Shown here piece after piece: positions 33,266 through 42,618 of a DNA stretch of 64,000 bases (its first letter is position 1; every line of letters begins with the position of its first letter). The translations under genes and the position numbers were made by a program. The stretch spans positions 384,001 to 448,000 of the forward strand of contig CAWJKZ010000019.1 in the NCBI GenBank assembly GCA_963843575.1, in the 5' to 3' direction. The notes beneath the pieces were generated by a model. The model worked only from the letters and a program-made list of their open reading frames with translations. It was not told where the DNA came from and did no database searches. The DNA is from an uncultured Acidobacteriota bacterium. GTDB lineage: Bacteria; Acidobacteriota; UBA6911.

Positions 33266-33295
33266 AACCGTTCACCTCTCCGGGGCTTCGTTCGT

Positions 33296-34684
33296 TCAGT
33301 TGAGAATCGCGTCCAGGGCATAGTAGAGGGCTCCGGCCATGAGCCCCGCGCCCACCATGAGGAAAATCCACATTCGGCGGTGGAGAGACTTGATCGTGTC
33401 GTGCTCCGTCCGGTCGGCGATGATGAACGGACGCCCCTGATCGCCCTTCCACACCAGGACGCGCTGGGGATCGAGGGCGGGCGGCGACGAGGCGCGGCCA
33501 CGGACTTCCTTACGGACCTGCCGCTTGAGCATGGCCCAGGCGAGCGCCGGGACGGCCGAGAGAGAGCCCGGCCGCGACATCGGGACGGGACGCTCGGTAG
33601 GCGAGGCCGGTCCCCCCGAGGGCACTCCGGCGGCAGCCTGGACGCGCCAGCTCTCCGCCAGCGTCCCCATCACGTACAGGGGCCCGCCCTCCTCCAACCG
33701 CCTTTCCGTCAAGTGCATGTGGTTTGAGTCGGACCTGGGCGGCCACCCTTTCCCGACCGACGCGAGCAGCGCCTGGGCCTGCGCGGGGACCTCCGCCTCG
33801 TGGTTGCTGCGCCAGCGCTGCGTTTGCAGGATCACCTCGGCCCCTTGACACCAGACCAGAACGCGTCCCGTCTCGTCCTCGAGTTCCACCGTGTCGAGCG
33901 GGGCGGATTCCCGCTTGAAGTGCGTCTGCCAGTGCCCCTTCCCGTCGCCCCCCTTAACCCACTGCCTGATCTCCGCCTGCCAGTAGACGCACGGCGTTCC
34001 CGAAATCGGGGACAACGACGGGTGCGCTCCCCGGGCCCGGCCCGAGAGCTCCGACAATCCGATCGCGGCGGAGTTCGCCTTGGCCGTCGGCGTGCCCGAC
34101 ACGGCGAGACGATTCCGGTATTCCATGAACCCACGGCGGAACAGCCAGGCGCCGCCGGCGAAGGCGTACAGGCAAACCATGTACTCGTTCAACAACAGGG
34201 CCATCAGGAACGCGCCCGCCAGCAGGGCGAGCAACAGGCAGACCAATACCCCCGCGATCAAAGCGAACACGAGCAGGGTGCGGCGGGCGCCGCCGGTGCC
34301 AAGCCGCCCGGGAACCTTGGCGTACGGCATCGCCTCACCCGCCCACCGCGGCCCGAGGAATGAGCGGACGTCCGCGACCAGGGCGTCGCGGGGAATACCG
34401 ACGGGAAGCGGGATGCTTACTTCCTTGTTCGGCCCGCCATTTTCGCGGTAGGCCATGACCAGCATCTCGCGCCGGCGCATCTGCGCGGCTATCTTCCCCG
34501 GGAAGGCTGCGCTGGCAGCGGACAGGTCGAGGACGGCGGTGCCGGCCCTGGTGACCGATGACCACGGGATCTGCAACGCCTGGTTCACGGGAGGGCCGGC
34601 TTCGTAGTCCATGCCGCCATGTTCGACCGCCAGGGTAATCCTGGTGGAACCCAACGGTGTGCTCTCTTCGTACTGTAGCCTCAT
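33296..34684 (-). CDS. Membrane protein with GIDE (E3 ubiquitin ligase-associated)-like domain, LemA-associated
   Basis: TM segments then TPTAK..SAAIGLSELSG, SPISGTPCVYW, LEDETGRVLV, ERRLEEGGPLYVMG, PFII, C-terminal TM. Confidence 0.65.
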   Translation of the reverse strand: MRLQYEESTPLGSTRITLAVEHGGMDYEAGPPVNQALQIPWSSVTRAGTAVLDLSAASAAFPGKIAAQMRRREMLVMAYRENGGPNKEVSIPLPVGIPRDALVADVRSFLGPRWAGEAMPYAKVPGRLGTGGARRTLLVFALIAGVLVCLLLALLAGAFLMALLLNEYMVCLYAFAGGAWLFRRGFMEYRNRLAVSGTPTAKANSAAIGLSELSGRARGAHPSLSPISGTPCVYWQAEIRQWVKGGDGKGHWQTHFKRESAPLDTVELEDETGRVLVWCQGAEVILQTQRWRSNHEAEVPAQAQALLASVGKGWPPRSDSNHMHLTERRLEEGGPLYVMGTLAESWRVQAAAGVPSGGPASPTERPVPMSRPGSLSAVPALAWAMLKRQVRKEVRGRASSPPALDPQRVLVWKGDQGRPFIIADRTEHDTIKSLHRRMWIFLMVGAGLMAGALYYALDAILN

Positions 34685-34741
34685 CGATTCAGCCGCAGGA
34701 AAGGCTCTGGTTGTCCAGAGGATGGATGTGCCGTTTCTTCG

Positions 34742-35344
34742 CTACTGTCGCTTCGCCGTGATCTCCATCATCTTCACTTCCCGCCCGGATGGGTCCTTGA
34801 CGAACATCTCGTTCCTGAAGCTGTTCTCGTCCAGCCAGCTGATGACCGATCGCATGCCGATTTTCTGTCCGCTCACGGGATCCCAGACGTCCCCGGTGAA
34901 AGTGCAGGTCTTCTGGCCGGCGTCGCAGGTTCCCGTCTGGTGCATGATGCCGGTGCCCATGTTGTCCACCCAGGAGCTGACGTACTGCTTCGCGACATTG
35001 TCGTAGCCGTCGGTGCCTCGCCCCTCGAAGGGCATCCCCATCATGTCTCCCTTCCAGGTGTGCTCGACATAGCGCCCTCCCATGAGGAGTTCTGCGTGCA
35101 TGGTGCCCGAGGACTCCGCCGGGGGCTGTGCGGGATCCATCCACGCCTTGTTGACGAAGGTCCAATTGCCAACCATGCGCGCGAGCGCCTTGTGCTGCTC
35201 GCCTGGGCTCATCGCTTTCATCATGGCTTCCATCTGTTCGGGCGGCATGGCCGGAGCCGCCTTCTCCTTGGTCTTGTCTTGTGCAACTAAAGTTATCCCG
35301 AACAGAAGCAGACACAGAACCACCATACGTTTTTGGATTTTCAT
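34742..35344 (-). CDS. DUF1579-family exported protein
   Basis: PGEQHKALARMVGNW, PFEGRGTDGYDNVAKQYVSSWVDNMGT. Confidence 0.8.
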   Translation of the reverse strand: MKIQKRMVVLCLLLFGITLVAQDKTKEKAAPAMPPEQMEAMMKAMSPGEQHKALARMVGNWTFVNKAWMDPAQPPAESSGTMHAELLMGGRYVEHTWKGDMMGMPFEGRGTDGYDNVAKQYVSSWVDNMGTGIMHQTGTCDAGQKTCTFTGDVWDPVSGQKIGMRSVISWLDENSFRNEMFVKDPSGREVKMMEITAKRQ

Positions 35345-35450
35345 TTTTTCCCCCTCCGTCGAAATGCGGGACACCCGAGCAACAATGGCAAAACCGTAGC
35401 ACCCCCCCGCCCACTCGTCAAGTGGGGACGGACCCGGGTAAATTTTTTAA

Positions 35451-35650
35451 ATGGAGGATGATGCGGCCAAAACACCGTCGAAAGGGCGCCTTATTTGCGT
35501 TTTTGGGACCGGTTTTTTGAAAATAAGCCGATGCCGGATGACCGGATTTCCGGCCCTCATCCGCTATTTGGCAAAAACGGGGCGAAAAATCTCAAATAAG
35601 GGCTATTTTTAAGGTAAAATTCGGCATAACCTGCTGATTCGTAATAGTTA
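35451..35650. repeat. Family F elements (copies 2 and 3) in inverted orientation
   Basis: Core at 35489 (+) and 35601 (-); IHF-consensus AATCAGCAGGTTA on the minus strand at 35639-35627. Confidence 0.75.
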
Positions 35651-35652
35651 AT

Positions 35653-35865
35653 CTAGGTCCGTCCCTGATTGCGGTTTTTCCAGGATCCGAGCAGCAGCGT
35701 GAGGAGCGCGAGTCCGATTTCATCGGCGAAGGGGATGAAGTCCGGGACCACCAAGTCGACCAGCGTGACGACCGCCAGCAGGATGAACAACCCTGGGAAT
35801 CTCAGATTGAGCCGCCCGAGGAGCCGGCCGGCGAGGGAGGTGCGCTGCACCTGATCAAGAGGCAT
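35653..35865 (-). CDS. Small membrane protein (DUF6116-like)
   Basis: LRFPGLF...DLVVPDFIPFADEIGLALLTLLLGSWK. Confidence 0.65.
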   Translation of the reverse strand: MPLDQVQRTSLAGRLLGRLNLRFPGLFILLAVVTLVDLVVPDFIPFADEIGLALLTLLLGSWKNRNQGRT

Positions 35866-35973
35866 GCCCAACTCCCGCAAGGTGGAATCCCCCGAGGAGA
35901 GGGGCCTGTCGAAGGTCGTTTCGTGCGCGGCTCCCAGCAGGCTCCCCCGATCGGGTTTGCAGCGATCGCCGCT

Positions 35974-36570
35974 TCACTGCTTGGCGGCCGCCGGCGCCTG
36001 CATTCCGAGCGCCTCCATAATCCCGACTGCCTTTTCCTTAACCGACTGTGCCTTGGCGACGGCGTCGGTGAGGTTTCCCGCACCGTATGCCGTGGTGGCG
36101 TCAGTCCAGCTTTGGGTGAGCGTCGCGAGGCTGGCTTTCGCCTCCTCAAACTTCGCCTTGTCGATGTTGGCGGGGAGCCTCCTGGATTTCGAGAGGATCC
36201 CCATTCGGCTCTGGATGGCTTCGACCATGCCGGGCAACCCGCCGCTGAGGTCGCCCCAGCTCTTCATGAGCTCGTCCTTCTTGGCTGTCGCCGCGGCGGC
36301 CAGATCCTTGATTGCGGCCGGCAATCCCTGCGCGGCGGTGAGAGCCGCCTGGTAATCGCCCTTCTTGAAATTGTCCCTGGCGTTCTGGAGCGAAGTTTCA
36401 ATGGAAGCGAGTTGATCCGGCACGAACTTGGCCGCCTCGGGGCGAGCCGCGTTCAGCGCGTCTTCCGCCGCCTTGATGGCCGCTTCCGCCGGTGCTTTGG
36501 CTGTGTTGCAGCCGACGACGGCCAGCGACAGGGCAAGTACCAGCCCTGTTACAAGCGCGAATCTTGACAT
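35974..36570 (-). CDS. Alanine-rich helical lipoprotein, function unknown
   Basis: Signal peptide with lipobox LAVVG-C; RBS GGAG. Confidence 0.75.
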   Translation of the reverse strand: MSRFALVTGLVLALSLAVVGCNTAKAPAEAAIKAAEDALNAARPEAAKFVPDQLASIETSLQNARDNFKKGDYQAALTAAQGLPAAIKDLAAAATAKKDELMKSWGDLSGGLPGMVEAIQSRMGILSKSRRLPANIDKAKFEEAKASLATLTQSWTDATTAYGAGNLTDAVAKAQSVKEKAVGIMEALGMQAPAAAKQ

Positions 36571-36683
36571 GACTTTTCTCCCGTTCGGTGCCTCCAGCTA
36601 AATCCGCAATCCGCTGCCGGTCGGAAGCACGGCCTTCAGGCCTGGATTTTCCGGCCGCGATCCAACTACCGCTGCCCGGATCC

Positions 36684-36875
36684 CTACGGGATCCGGAGTT
36701 TCTGTCCGACACGGATGAGGTTCGGGTCCTTGAGCACGTCCTTGTTGGCCTCGAAGATCTGCGTGTACAAGGCGGGGTCCCCATAATAGCGTTCGGAGAT
36801 CTTGGAGAGCGTCTCACCCTCCTGCACCTCGTGCCACTGGGTGGCGTCCCACGCCTTCCCTTTTTCGTCCGCCAT
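36684..36875 (-). CDS. Stand-alone LysM-domain protein (63 aa, Kbp/YgaU-like LysM)
   Basis: HEVQEGETLSKISERYYGD...IFEANKDVLKDPNLIRVGQKLRIP; RBS AAAGGAG before ATG 36875. Confidence 0.85.
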   Translation of the reverse strand: MADEKGKAWDATQWHEVQEGETLSKISERYYGDPALYTQIFEANKDVLKDPNLIRVGQKLRIP

Positions 36876-36961
36876 GATCGCTCCTTTGTGGTGTCGGTAT
36901 GCGCGAGTATAGACACAATCCGATCGGGTGGGGTCACATTTTCTCGATCGGAAGTCCCCAA

Positions 36962-37064
36962 GGAGATTGCATCGAGGCGCCGCCTGCAGCAATCTTGGCG
37001 CCGAGGCGCCGGACATTCCGGCCTTTGGACGTCGGTCAAAGCGGCGCCGAGGCGCCGCACTCCA
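36962..37064. repeat. Family B REP-like element
   Basis: Ends in aaagcggcgccgaggcgccgcactcca. Confidence 0.75.
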
Positions 37065-37070
37065 CAATTC

Positions 37071-38757
37071 TCACCGGGCGGGGGCGGGCCGCCCCCGCCC
37101 ACTGGCCGCCTCGAGCAGGCGACGGTGCGCGGCTTCGAAACCGGTCACGGTGGCGTCGTAGTCCGTGAACCCGCGGACGACCAGGGTGCAGATCTCGTCC
37201 GCGAGCTTCGGGTCGCGCGCGGCGACCAGGCGCAACAGCTCGTAGTCCTCGATACCCGCTCCCATGGCTTCGAAGCGGACGCTGGACCAGGGGCCGTCCT
37301 TGCCGGGGTACAGGATGTGCGAGTCGCCCGGCGGAAGATGGAAGTCGTGATAGGGCCCGTGCGGGGGGCAGGTGTTCTCGAACGGGTCCTGTTCGGGAAT
37401 GACCTGGTTGAGCCCCCAGTGCAGGTAACCGTCGAGCCGGTAGCGCCAGTTGGCCCAGTGCAGCAGCCGCGTGCGCAGGAGCTCCGTGTCGATGAAGCGG
37501 TTCAGGTGGCGGCCGCTGGGGGCGCAGCAGGTGTAGAACCAGACCGAGTCGCCGCGGCGGCGGTGGGCTTCGAACGCTTCCTGCTGTTTCTCGTAGCTCT
37601 CGCTCAACGGCACCCAGATGTCGACCGCGCCGTCCAGTTCGGGGTTGCCGAGCGCGTCGATCAGCGGGACGCCCGGCAGGAACTTGCGCACGGTCCCGGC
37701 CATGATGCGATAGTCGTCGAAGTCCTTGGGCGAGGGTTCGTCCACGACGTGCTGGGTCGCGAGCCCGTACCAGCCGTTGCGCCGGAGCAGGTCGGCCCAG
37801 GCACGCAGGTATTGCGCGAGGTACTCGTACGCCTCGTGCGACGTCCCGGGTACCGGTTTTCCGTCGACGTTCACGACGAATCGGGCCACCGCGTCCTTCC
37901 GCCGGTCGTGGCTGGCGATGTGCGGGAGTTCGATGTGGGTGAAGCCCTCGCCGAGGAACATCCGGATCATCCGCTCGCTTCTCGAGAAATCGAATTCCCA
38001 CGACCCCGGCCCGGTCTTCTTCACCTCGGGCCCTGCGGGAATGAAGTCGGTCTGGCGGCCGCGCCGCATCATGCGCGCGTACTGCAGGAGCATGTCCCAA
38101 TGCTGCTGCGACCAGGGAGCCACCCCGTGCACCCGTGCCATGTGACTGGTGCTGAACCAGTTGGTTACCCGCAGGTGCCCCTGCTCGGGAACGCGGGCGG
38201 CATAGACCTTCAGTGCGACGGCGATGTCGGCCGTCCCGCTGCCGGTCTGCACCCGGAGCCGTCCCCGCAGCTGACCCGGGGCTGCGTCCGGCGGGATCCT
38301 GAACGACACGTACAGCGCCCCGGTCTCGCCGCGGGCGGGGTCGCCGTTGCGCAGCGGGCGGAGAGCTTCGAACACCCGGTATGGCGCCTTGCGGGTCACG
38401 TAATCCGGGGTCGGCTTGTCCGGCGGGATCGAGCTGCAGGGCGGGCCGGAGTTCTCCGGCACCTTCACGTCGACGAGCTGATACAGCTCCGGGGCGAGTC
38501 CGCCCTCGACGCTGCAGGAGAGACGGCTCGCCCGGCTTCAGCCCGCGCAGCAGCACCTGGAAGCCCGCGCGCCCGCCGCGCGCCGCGTGCAGCTCCACCG
38601 AGCGAACCGGCGCTGCCGGGATCGGAGTGTCCGGATACAGCCACTCGTTGGCGCTCGCGGCGTGGTACTGGAGCGATTGGGTGAAGGCGAAAGTGCCCGA
38701 ACACAACAGCGCGAGCGGCAGCAACGCGCAGAGGGGCAACCAGCGGCGACAGGTCAT
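37071..38757 (-). CDS. DUF4091 (GH123-like) secreted glycoside hydrolase-like protein, frameshifted near 38470-38520
   Basis: Signal MTCRRWLPL..., HVVDEP, VWFYTCCAP, GYLHWGLN, PPGDSHILYPG, SSVRFEAMGAGIEDYELL. Confidence 0.75.
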
Positions 38758-38824
38758 GGCGTCCTCCCTTGTCTCGTGCGTGATCGTAATCCGAGGGGGC
38801 CCGCAGCGCAAGCCGTCAGAACCC

Positions 38825-38866
38825 ACCTCGAAGTCTCGAACGACTCGAAGAGTCTCGAAGGTCTCA
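38825..38866. repeat. Family D tandem CTCGAAG-type repeats
   Basis: cacctcgaagtctcgaacgactcgaagagtctcgaaggtctca. Confidence 0.7.
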
Positions 38867-39127
38867 GTGCAGGAGGGCGATCGAGCTGGTGAAGGCCACG
38901 GCCAGATAGAATGTGCCGAGGCCCAGGGCGAGGGCCGTCTCCAGCCACTCGGGCCAGAGTGTCAAGGGAGGGCGCCGGGGCTGCTGTTCGCGCCGTTGCG
39001 CGGCGAGGGCGGCCAGGCAGCGGGCGCGGGTGCGCTCGACCCTTCGCGGATCGGCGTCGTGCGTGCGCAACACGCCAAGAACTTCCTCCAACCTATCCCA
39101 AGGTTCCCGCATGGTCATCCCCCTCAT
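38864..39127 (-). CDS. Small membrane protein, putative anti-sigma factor
   Basis: Start overlaps the sigma stop (ATGA); basic helical N-part and a C-terminal TM (WLETALALGLGTFYLAVAF). Confidence 0.55.
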   Translation of the reverse strand: MRGMTMREPWDRLEEVLGVLRTHDADPRRVERTRARCLAALAAQRREQQPRRPPLTLWPEWLETALALGLGTFYLAVAFTSSIALLH

Positions 39128-39696
39128 CCCGCTTTCGCCTGCATCGTCGCCGCCTCCGCGTCCATTTCGAGCGCCAGCCTGCGGCGCGCCCGCTCGAGCC
39201 GCTTGCGCACGGCCTCGGGTTCCAGGCCGAGCGAGGCGGCTGCCTCGGAGGGCGTCAACCCCGCGGTCCCGACCAGCAACAGCACTTCGCGGTCGTGCAG
39301 CGACAGGCGGGCGAGCGCGGCTTCCAGGCGCCGCTCGGTCTCGGTGCGCGCGGCTGCTTCGAACGGGGATTCGCCGGGGGCCGCGGGCCAGGCGGGCGTC
39401 AGTTCCGAGAGCCGCTCGGCATCGACGGCCCGGTGGCGGCACCAGCTCGCGTGCAGGTTGCGGGCCACGGTAAAAAGCCACGCCCCCAAAGACGTGTCGT
39501 CGGAGAGGTTCTTCGCGCAAGCCACCAGCCGCAGCCACGTCTCCTCGAGCAGGTCCTCGGCAACGTCGCGGCGGCGGCTGAGGCGCACGAGAAAACTGAA
39601 CAGGCGCGGACGGAACGCGGCGTACGCCGCCTCAAACGCGGCGTCGTCGCCGGCCTTGAGGCCGGCCACAACCCGCAGCTCGATTTCCCGTTCCAT
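39124..39696 (-). CDS. ECF RNA polymerase sigma factor
   Basis: Region 2 (GDDAAFEAAY...AEDLLEETWLR...AWLFTVARN) and region 4 (DREVLLL...EAAASLGL...VRKRLERAR). Confidence 0.9.
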   Translation of the reverse strand: MEREIELRVVAGLKAGDDAAFEAAYAAFRPRLFSFLVRLSRRRDVAEDLLEETWLRLVACAKNLSDDTSLGAWLFTVARNLHASWCRHRAVDAERLSELTPAWPAAPGESPFEAAARTETERRLEAALARLSLHDREVLLLVGTAGLTPSEAAASLGLEPEAVRKRLERARRRLALEMDAEAATMQAKAG

Positions 39697-39705
39697 AACC
39701 TTTAC

Positions 39706-39760
39706 AACGCGCGAGTCCGGCGAGCGTGACCCCCGGTCACGCTGCGGCGCGGCGCGCGTT
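39706..39760. promoter_or_regulatory. Back-to-back divergent ECF-type promoters GGTCAC-N16-CGTT
   Basis: Plus strand: GGTCAC 39735-39740, CGTT 39757-39760. Minus strand: GGTCAC 39731-39726, CGTT 39709-39706. Both read GGTCACGCT-N10-GCGCGTT. Confidence 0.75.
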
Positions 39761-39793
39761 TCCATTGTCGACAATAATACAAAGGAGGCTCAC

Positions 39794-40138
39794 ATGCCCG
39801 GACCATTCTTCTGGTTTGTCGTGTTGGTCGGCCTCGCCACCCTGGCGGCGGCCGTCTATTTCGCATTCCGTCCCTCGGAGCGAACACTGGCGGTGCTCCG
39901 GCCGCTGGGCGCCGCCACGACCTATTCGTCGCTGGCGGCCTTCCTGCTCGGGGTGGCCAACGGCCTGACCGGTCTCAACCGCAGCCTCGAGCGCGCCGCC
40001 GACCCCGCGGCCTCGGCCCAGGCCTGGCGCACGTTCATTTCCGGACTGGCCGAGTCGCCGGCGCCCCTTGTCCTGGCCTTTGCGATCCTGGCCGTCACGT
40101 GGCTGCTCGTCGCCGTGGGATTGCGCCGGCAGGCTTGA
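39794..40138 (+). CDS. Small 3-TM membrane protein (114 aa), weakly MotA/TolQ/ExbB-like
   Basis: RBS AAAGGAGG, MPGPFFWFVVLVG..., three hydrophobic segments. Confidence 0.7.
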   Translation: MPGPFFWFVVLVGLATLAAAVYFAFRPSERTLAVLRPLGAATTYSSLAAFLLGVANGLTGLNRSLERAADPAASAQAWRTFISGLAESPAPLVLAFAILAVTWLLVAVGLRRQA

Positions 40139-40143
40139 GCACG

Positions 40144-40230
40144 CATGTGGGCCGCGGCGGCTCGACGCGGCCCACATGCTTCCGTCGTTGTTGGTCATTC
40201 GCAGGGCGGGGGCGGGCCGCCCCCGCCCAC
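40144..40230. repeat. Family E REP-like inverted pair (GTGG + GC-rich hairpin)
   Basis: gtgggccgcggcggctcgacgcggcccac and gggcgggggcgggccgcccccgcccac; the latter recurs at 37076-37101 and as a variant at 32638-32667. Confidence 0.7.
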
Positions 40231-40234
40231 GCTC

Positions 40235-40262
40235 TTGACAGCTTCGACGCCGGGGCTAGAAT
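40235..40262 (+). promoter_or_regulatory. sigma70 promoter for the SPFH/Zn-ribbon operon
   Basis: TTGACA-N16-TAGAAT. Confidence 0.7.
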
Positions 40263-40300
40263 GAGCAGGCATCCACCTGCGACCCAGAGAGGAGAAGGGC

Positions 40301-41377
40301 ATGGGAATCTTCGACTTCATCAAAGGCGAACTGATCGACATCATCGAGTGGACCGACGACTCGCGCGACACCCTCTCGTACCGCTTCCCGGACGAAGACA
40401 AGGCCATCAAGAACGGCGCTCAGCTGATCGTGCGCGAATCCCAGATCGTGCAGTTCCTGTACCTGGGAGAGTTCGGCGACACCTTCGGGCCCGGCAAACA
40501 CACGCTGACGACCGACAACATCCCGGTCCTCACCCGCCTGAAGTCGTGGAAGTACGGTTTCGAGTCCCCCTTCAAGGCGGATGTCTACTACATCAGCACC
40601 CGCCTGTTCACGGGCAACAAGTGGGGGACGGCGAATCCGATCATGATGCGAGACGAAGACTTCGGCATCGTGCGCGCCCGCGCCTTCGGGACCTTCGATT
40701 TCAAAATCGTCGACCCGAAGCTGTTCCTCAAAGAGGTGGCCGGGTCGGACCAGAATTTCCGCCTCGACGAGTTCGCCGACACAATGAGGTCGCGCATCGT
40801 CAGCGTGTTCAGCGACGCGCTGGCCTCCGCGCGGATCCCGGTGCTCGATGTGGCCAGCCGGTACACCGAGCTGGGGGAGGCGCTCCTGCCGCTCATCAAC
40901 CCGGTCGTGAACGCGAAGTACGGCCTCCACATCAGCAGCTTCATCGTCGAGAACGTCTCGGTGCCGCCCGAAGTCGAGCAGGCGATCGACAAGCGTTCGA
41001 GCATGGCCGCCGTCGGCAACCTGAACGACTTCGTGAAATACCAGATGGGCAAAGGGATGGAGACCGGAGGAGGCGGCGGTGCGGCCGGGACGGCCAGCGA
41101 GCTGGCCGTCGGCTTTGCCATAGCCCAGCAGCTCATGCAGCAGACGCCTATCCTCGGGACGCCTCAGCCTGCGGGCGCGGGCGCGGCCGCCGCGGCGCCG
41201 GCGGCGCCGGCTGCCCCGGCGGTCGAACTGCTCGCCCCCGCCGACGTGGCGAAGATCCTGAACGTGCCCGAGGGCGACGTGATGGCCCTGATCCAATCCG
41301 GCGAGCTCAAGGCCAAGAAGATCGGCTCCAGCTTCCGCATCGCGCGCGCCGCGCTGGACGCCTATCTTGCCTCCTGA
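40301..41377 (+). CDS. SPFH/band-7 (YdjI-like) protein with C-terminal excisionase-like HTH
   Basis: IDIIEWTD, IKNGAQLIVRESQ, FESPFKADVYY, KWGTANPI; C-terminus LLAPADVAKILNV...IQSGELKAKKIGSSFRI. Confidence 0.85.
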   Translation: MGIFDFIKGELIDIIEWTDDSRDTLSYRFPDEDKAIKNGAQLIVRESQIVQFLYLGEFGDTFGPGKHTLTTDNIPVLTRLKSWKYGFESPFKADVYYISTRLFTGNKWGTANPIMMRDEDFGIVRARAFGTFDFKIVDPKLFLKEVAGSDQNFRLDEFADTMRSRIVSVFSDALASARIPVLDVASRYTELGEALLPLINPVVNAKYGLHISSFIVENVSVPPEVEQAIDKRSSMAAVGNLNDFVKYQMGKGMETGGGGGAAGTASELAVGFAIAQQLMQQTPILGTPQPAGAGAAAAAPAAPAAPAVELLAPADVAKILNVPEGDVMALIQSGELKAKKIGSSFRIARAALDAYLAS

Positions 41378-41393
41378 AGCCCCGAAACCGCAC

Positions 41394-42488
41394 ATGGGCG
41401 AAATCTCCGCACTGGAAAAACACCCGTGCCCCGCCTGCGGCGCCCAGGCGGAGTGGAGCGCCGGTAAGCAGCGGCTCGTGTGCTCGTTCTGCGGCACCGA
41501 AAGCCCGTTCGAGGTCGACCGCAGCACCGGCGTGATCCAGGAAATCGACCTCGTCAAGACCCTGCGCGAGCTCCCCGAGGAGCTGCGCGGCTGGCAGGAG
41601 GAGCGTCGCAGCGTCCAGTGCCGGAGCTGCAAGGCCGTCATGGTGTTCGACCCGAAGCGGGTCGGGCAGAACTGCGAGTTCTGCGGCGCGCCCGCCCTGG
41701 TCGACTACAACGAGGTGAAGGCGCCCATCCGCCCGCAGAGCCTCCTCCCGTTCCGGGTGAGCCAGGCCCAGGTGCGCGAGAGCATCCGGAGCTGGTATGC
41801 GGGGAAGTGGTTCGCCCCCGGCGCACTCAAGCGGCGGGCGCTCGTCGACACCGTCCACGGCGTCTACGTGCCCTACTGGACATTCGACGCGAAGGTCCGC
41901 TGCCCCTGGGAAGCCGAGGCCGGCCACTATTACTACGTGACCGAGGAATTCCGCGATCAGCAGGGACGGACCCAGCTGCGGCAGGTCCAGCGCGTCCGCT
42001 GGGAGGCCGCGGCCGGCGAGATCGAGCACTTTTTCGACGACGAGCCGGTCCCCGGAACCCAGGGAATCGACGCCGGGCTCCTGAAGTCCATCGAGCCGTT
42101 CCCGACCGCGGAACTCGTCCCCTACGACACGGCCTACCTGTCGGGGTTCGTGGTGGAACACTACCAGGTCGTTCTGCTCGACGCGGCCAAGAGGTCGCAG
42201 GATTCCATGCACGGGCAGCTGATGGAGTTGTGCGCGGCACAGGTTCCCGGCGACACCCACCGCAACCTGCGGATCCGCCCGCAGTATTCCGGCCAGACCT
42301 TCAAGCACATCCTGGTCCCCGTGTGGCTCCTGACCTACACCTTCGGGTCGAAGGTCTACCAGGTGCTCGTCAACGGCTACACCGGGAAAATGGCCGGCGC
42401 CTACCCCAAGAGCGTCTGGAAAATCCTTGCGGCCGTCGCCGTGATCCTGATCGCCCTGGCCCTCTTCCTCTTCTGGGGACGGACCTAA
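41394..42488 (+). CDS. Zinc-ribbon membrane protein (YdjG-like)
   Basis: Four CxxC motifs (CPAC, CSFC, CRSC, CEFC), GVYVPYWTFD, LVPVW...VNGYTGKMAG, C-terminal TM. Confidence 0.8.
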   Translation: MGEISALEKHPCPACGAQAEWSAGKQRLVCSFCGTESPFEVDRSTGVIQEIDLVKTLRELPEELRGWQEERRSVQCRSCKAVMVFDPKRVGQNCEFCGAPALVDYNEVKAPIRPQSLLPFRVSQAQVRESIRSWYAGKWFAPGALKRRALVDTVHGVYVPYWTFDAKVRCPWEAEAGHYYYVTEEFRDQQGRTQLRQVQRVRWEAAAGEIEHFFDDEPVPGTQGIDAGLLKSIEPFPTAELVPYDTAYLSGFVVEHYQVVLLDAAKRSQDSMHGQLMELCAAQVPGDTHRNLRIRPQYSGQTFKHILVPVWLLTYTFGSKVYQVLVNGYTGKMAGAYPKSVWKILAAVAVILIALALFLFWGRT

Positions 42489-42492
42489 TTCC

Positions 42493-42618
42493 TATTAGTA
42501 ATTTGCGGGAGTTTTCGCCTCAAAATGGCGCCTTATTTTGCGTTTTGAGGGCCGTTTTTTGAGATTAAGGCCGATTACCACCTCACCTCGAAGCCTCGAA
42601 GGACTCGAAGGGTCTCAA
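42493..42618 (+). repeat. Family F element (copy 4) followed by family D tandem repeats
   Basis: TATTAGTAATTTG 38 bp before CCTTATTTTGCGTTTTGAGGGCCGTTTTTTGAGATTAAGGCCGAT; then cctcgaagcctcgaaggactcgaagggtctcaaag. Confidence 0.75.

Noticed and set aside
41220-41377. Excisionase as evidence of a prophage or ICE
   Set aside because: The HTH is fused in frame to an SPFH protein; no integrase, att site or phage genes are nearby
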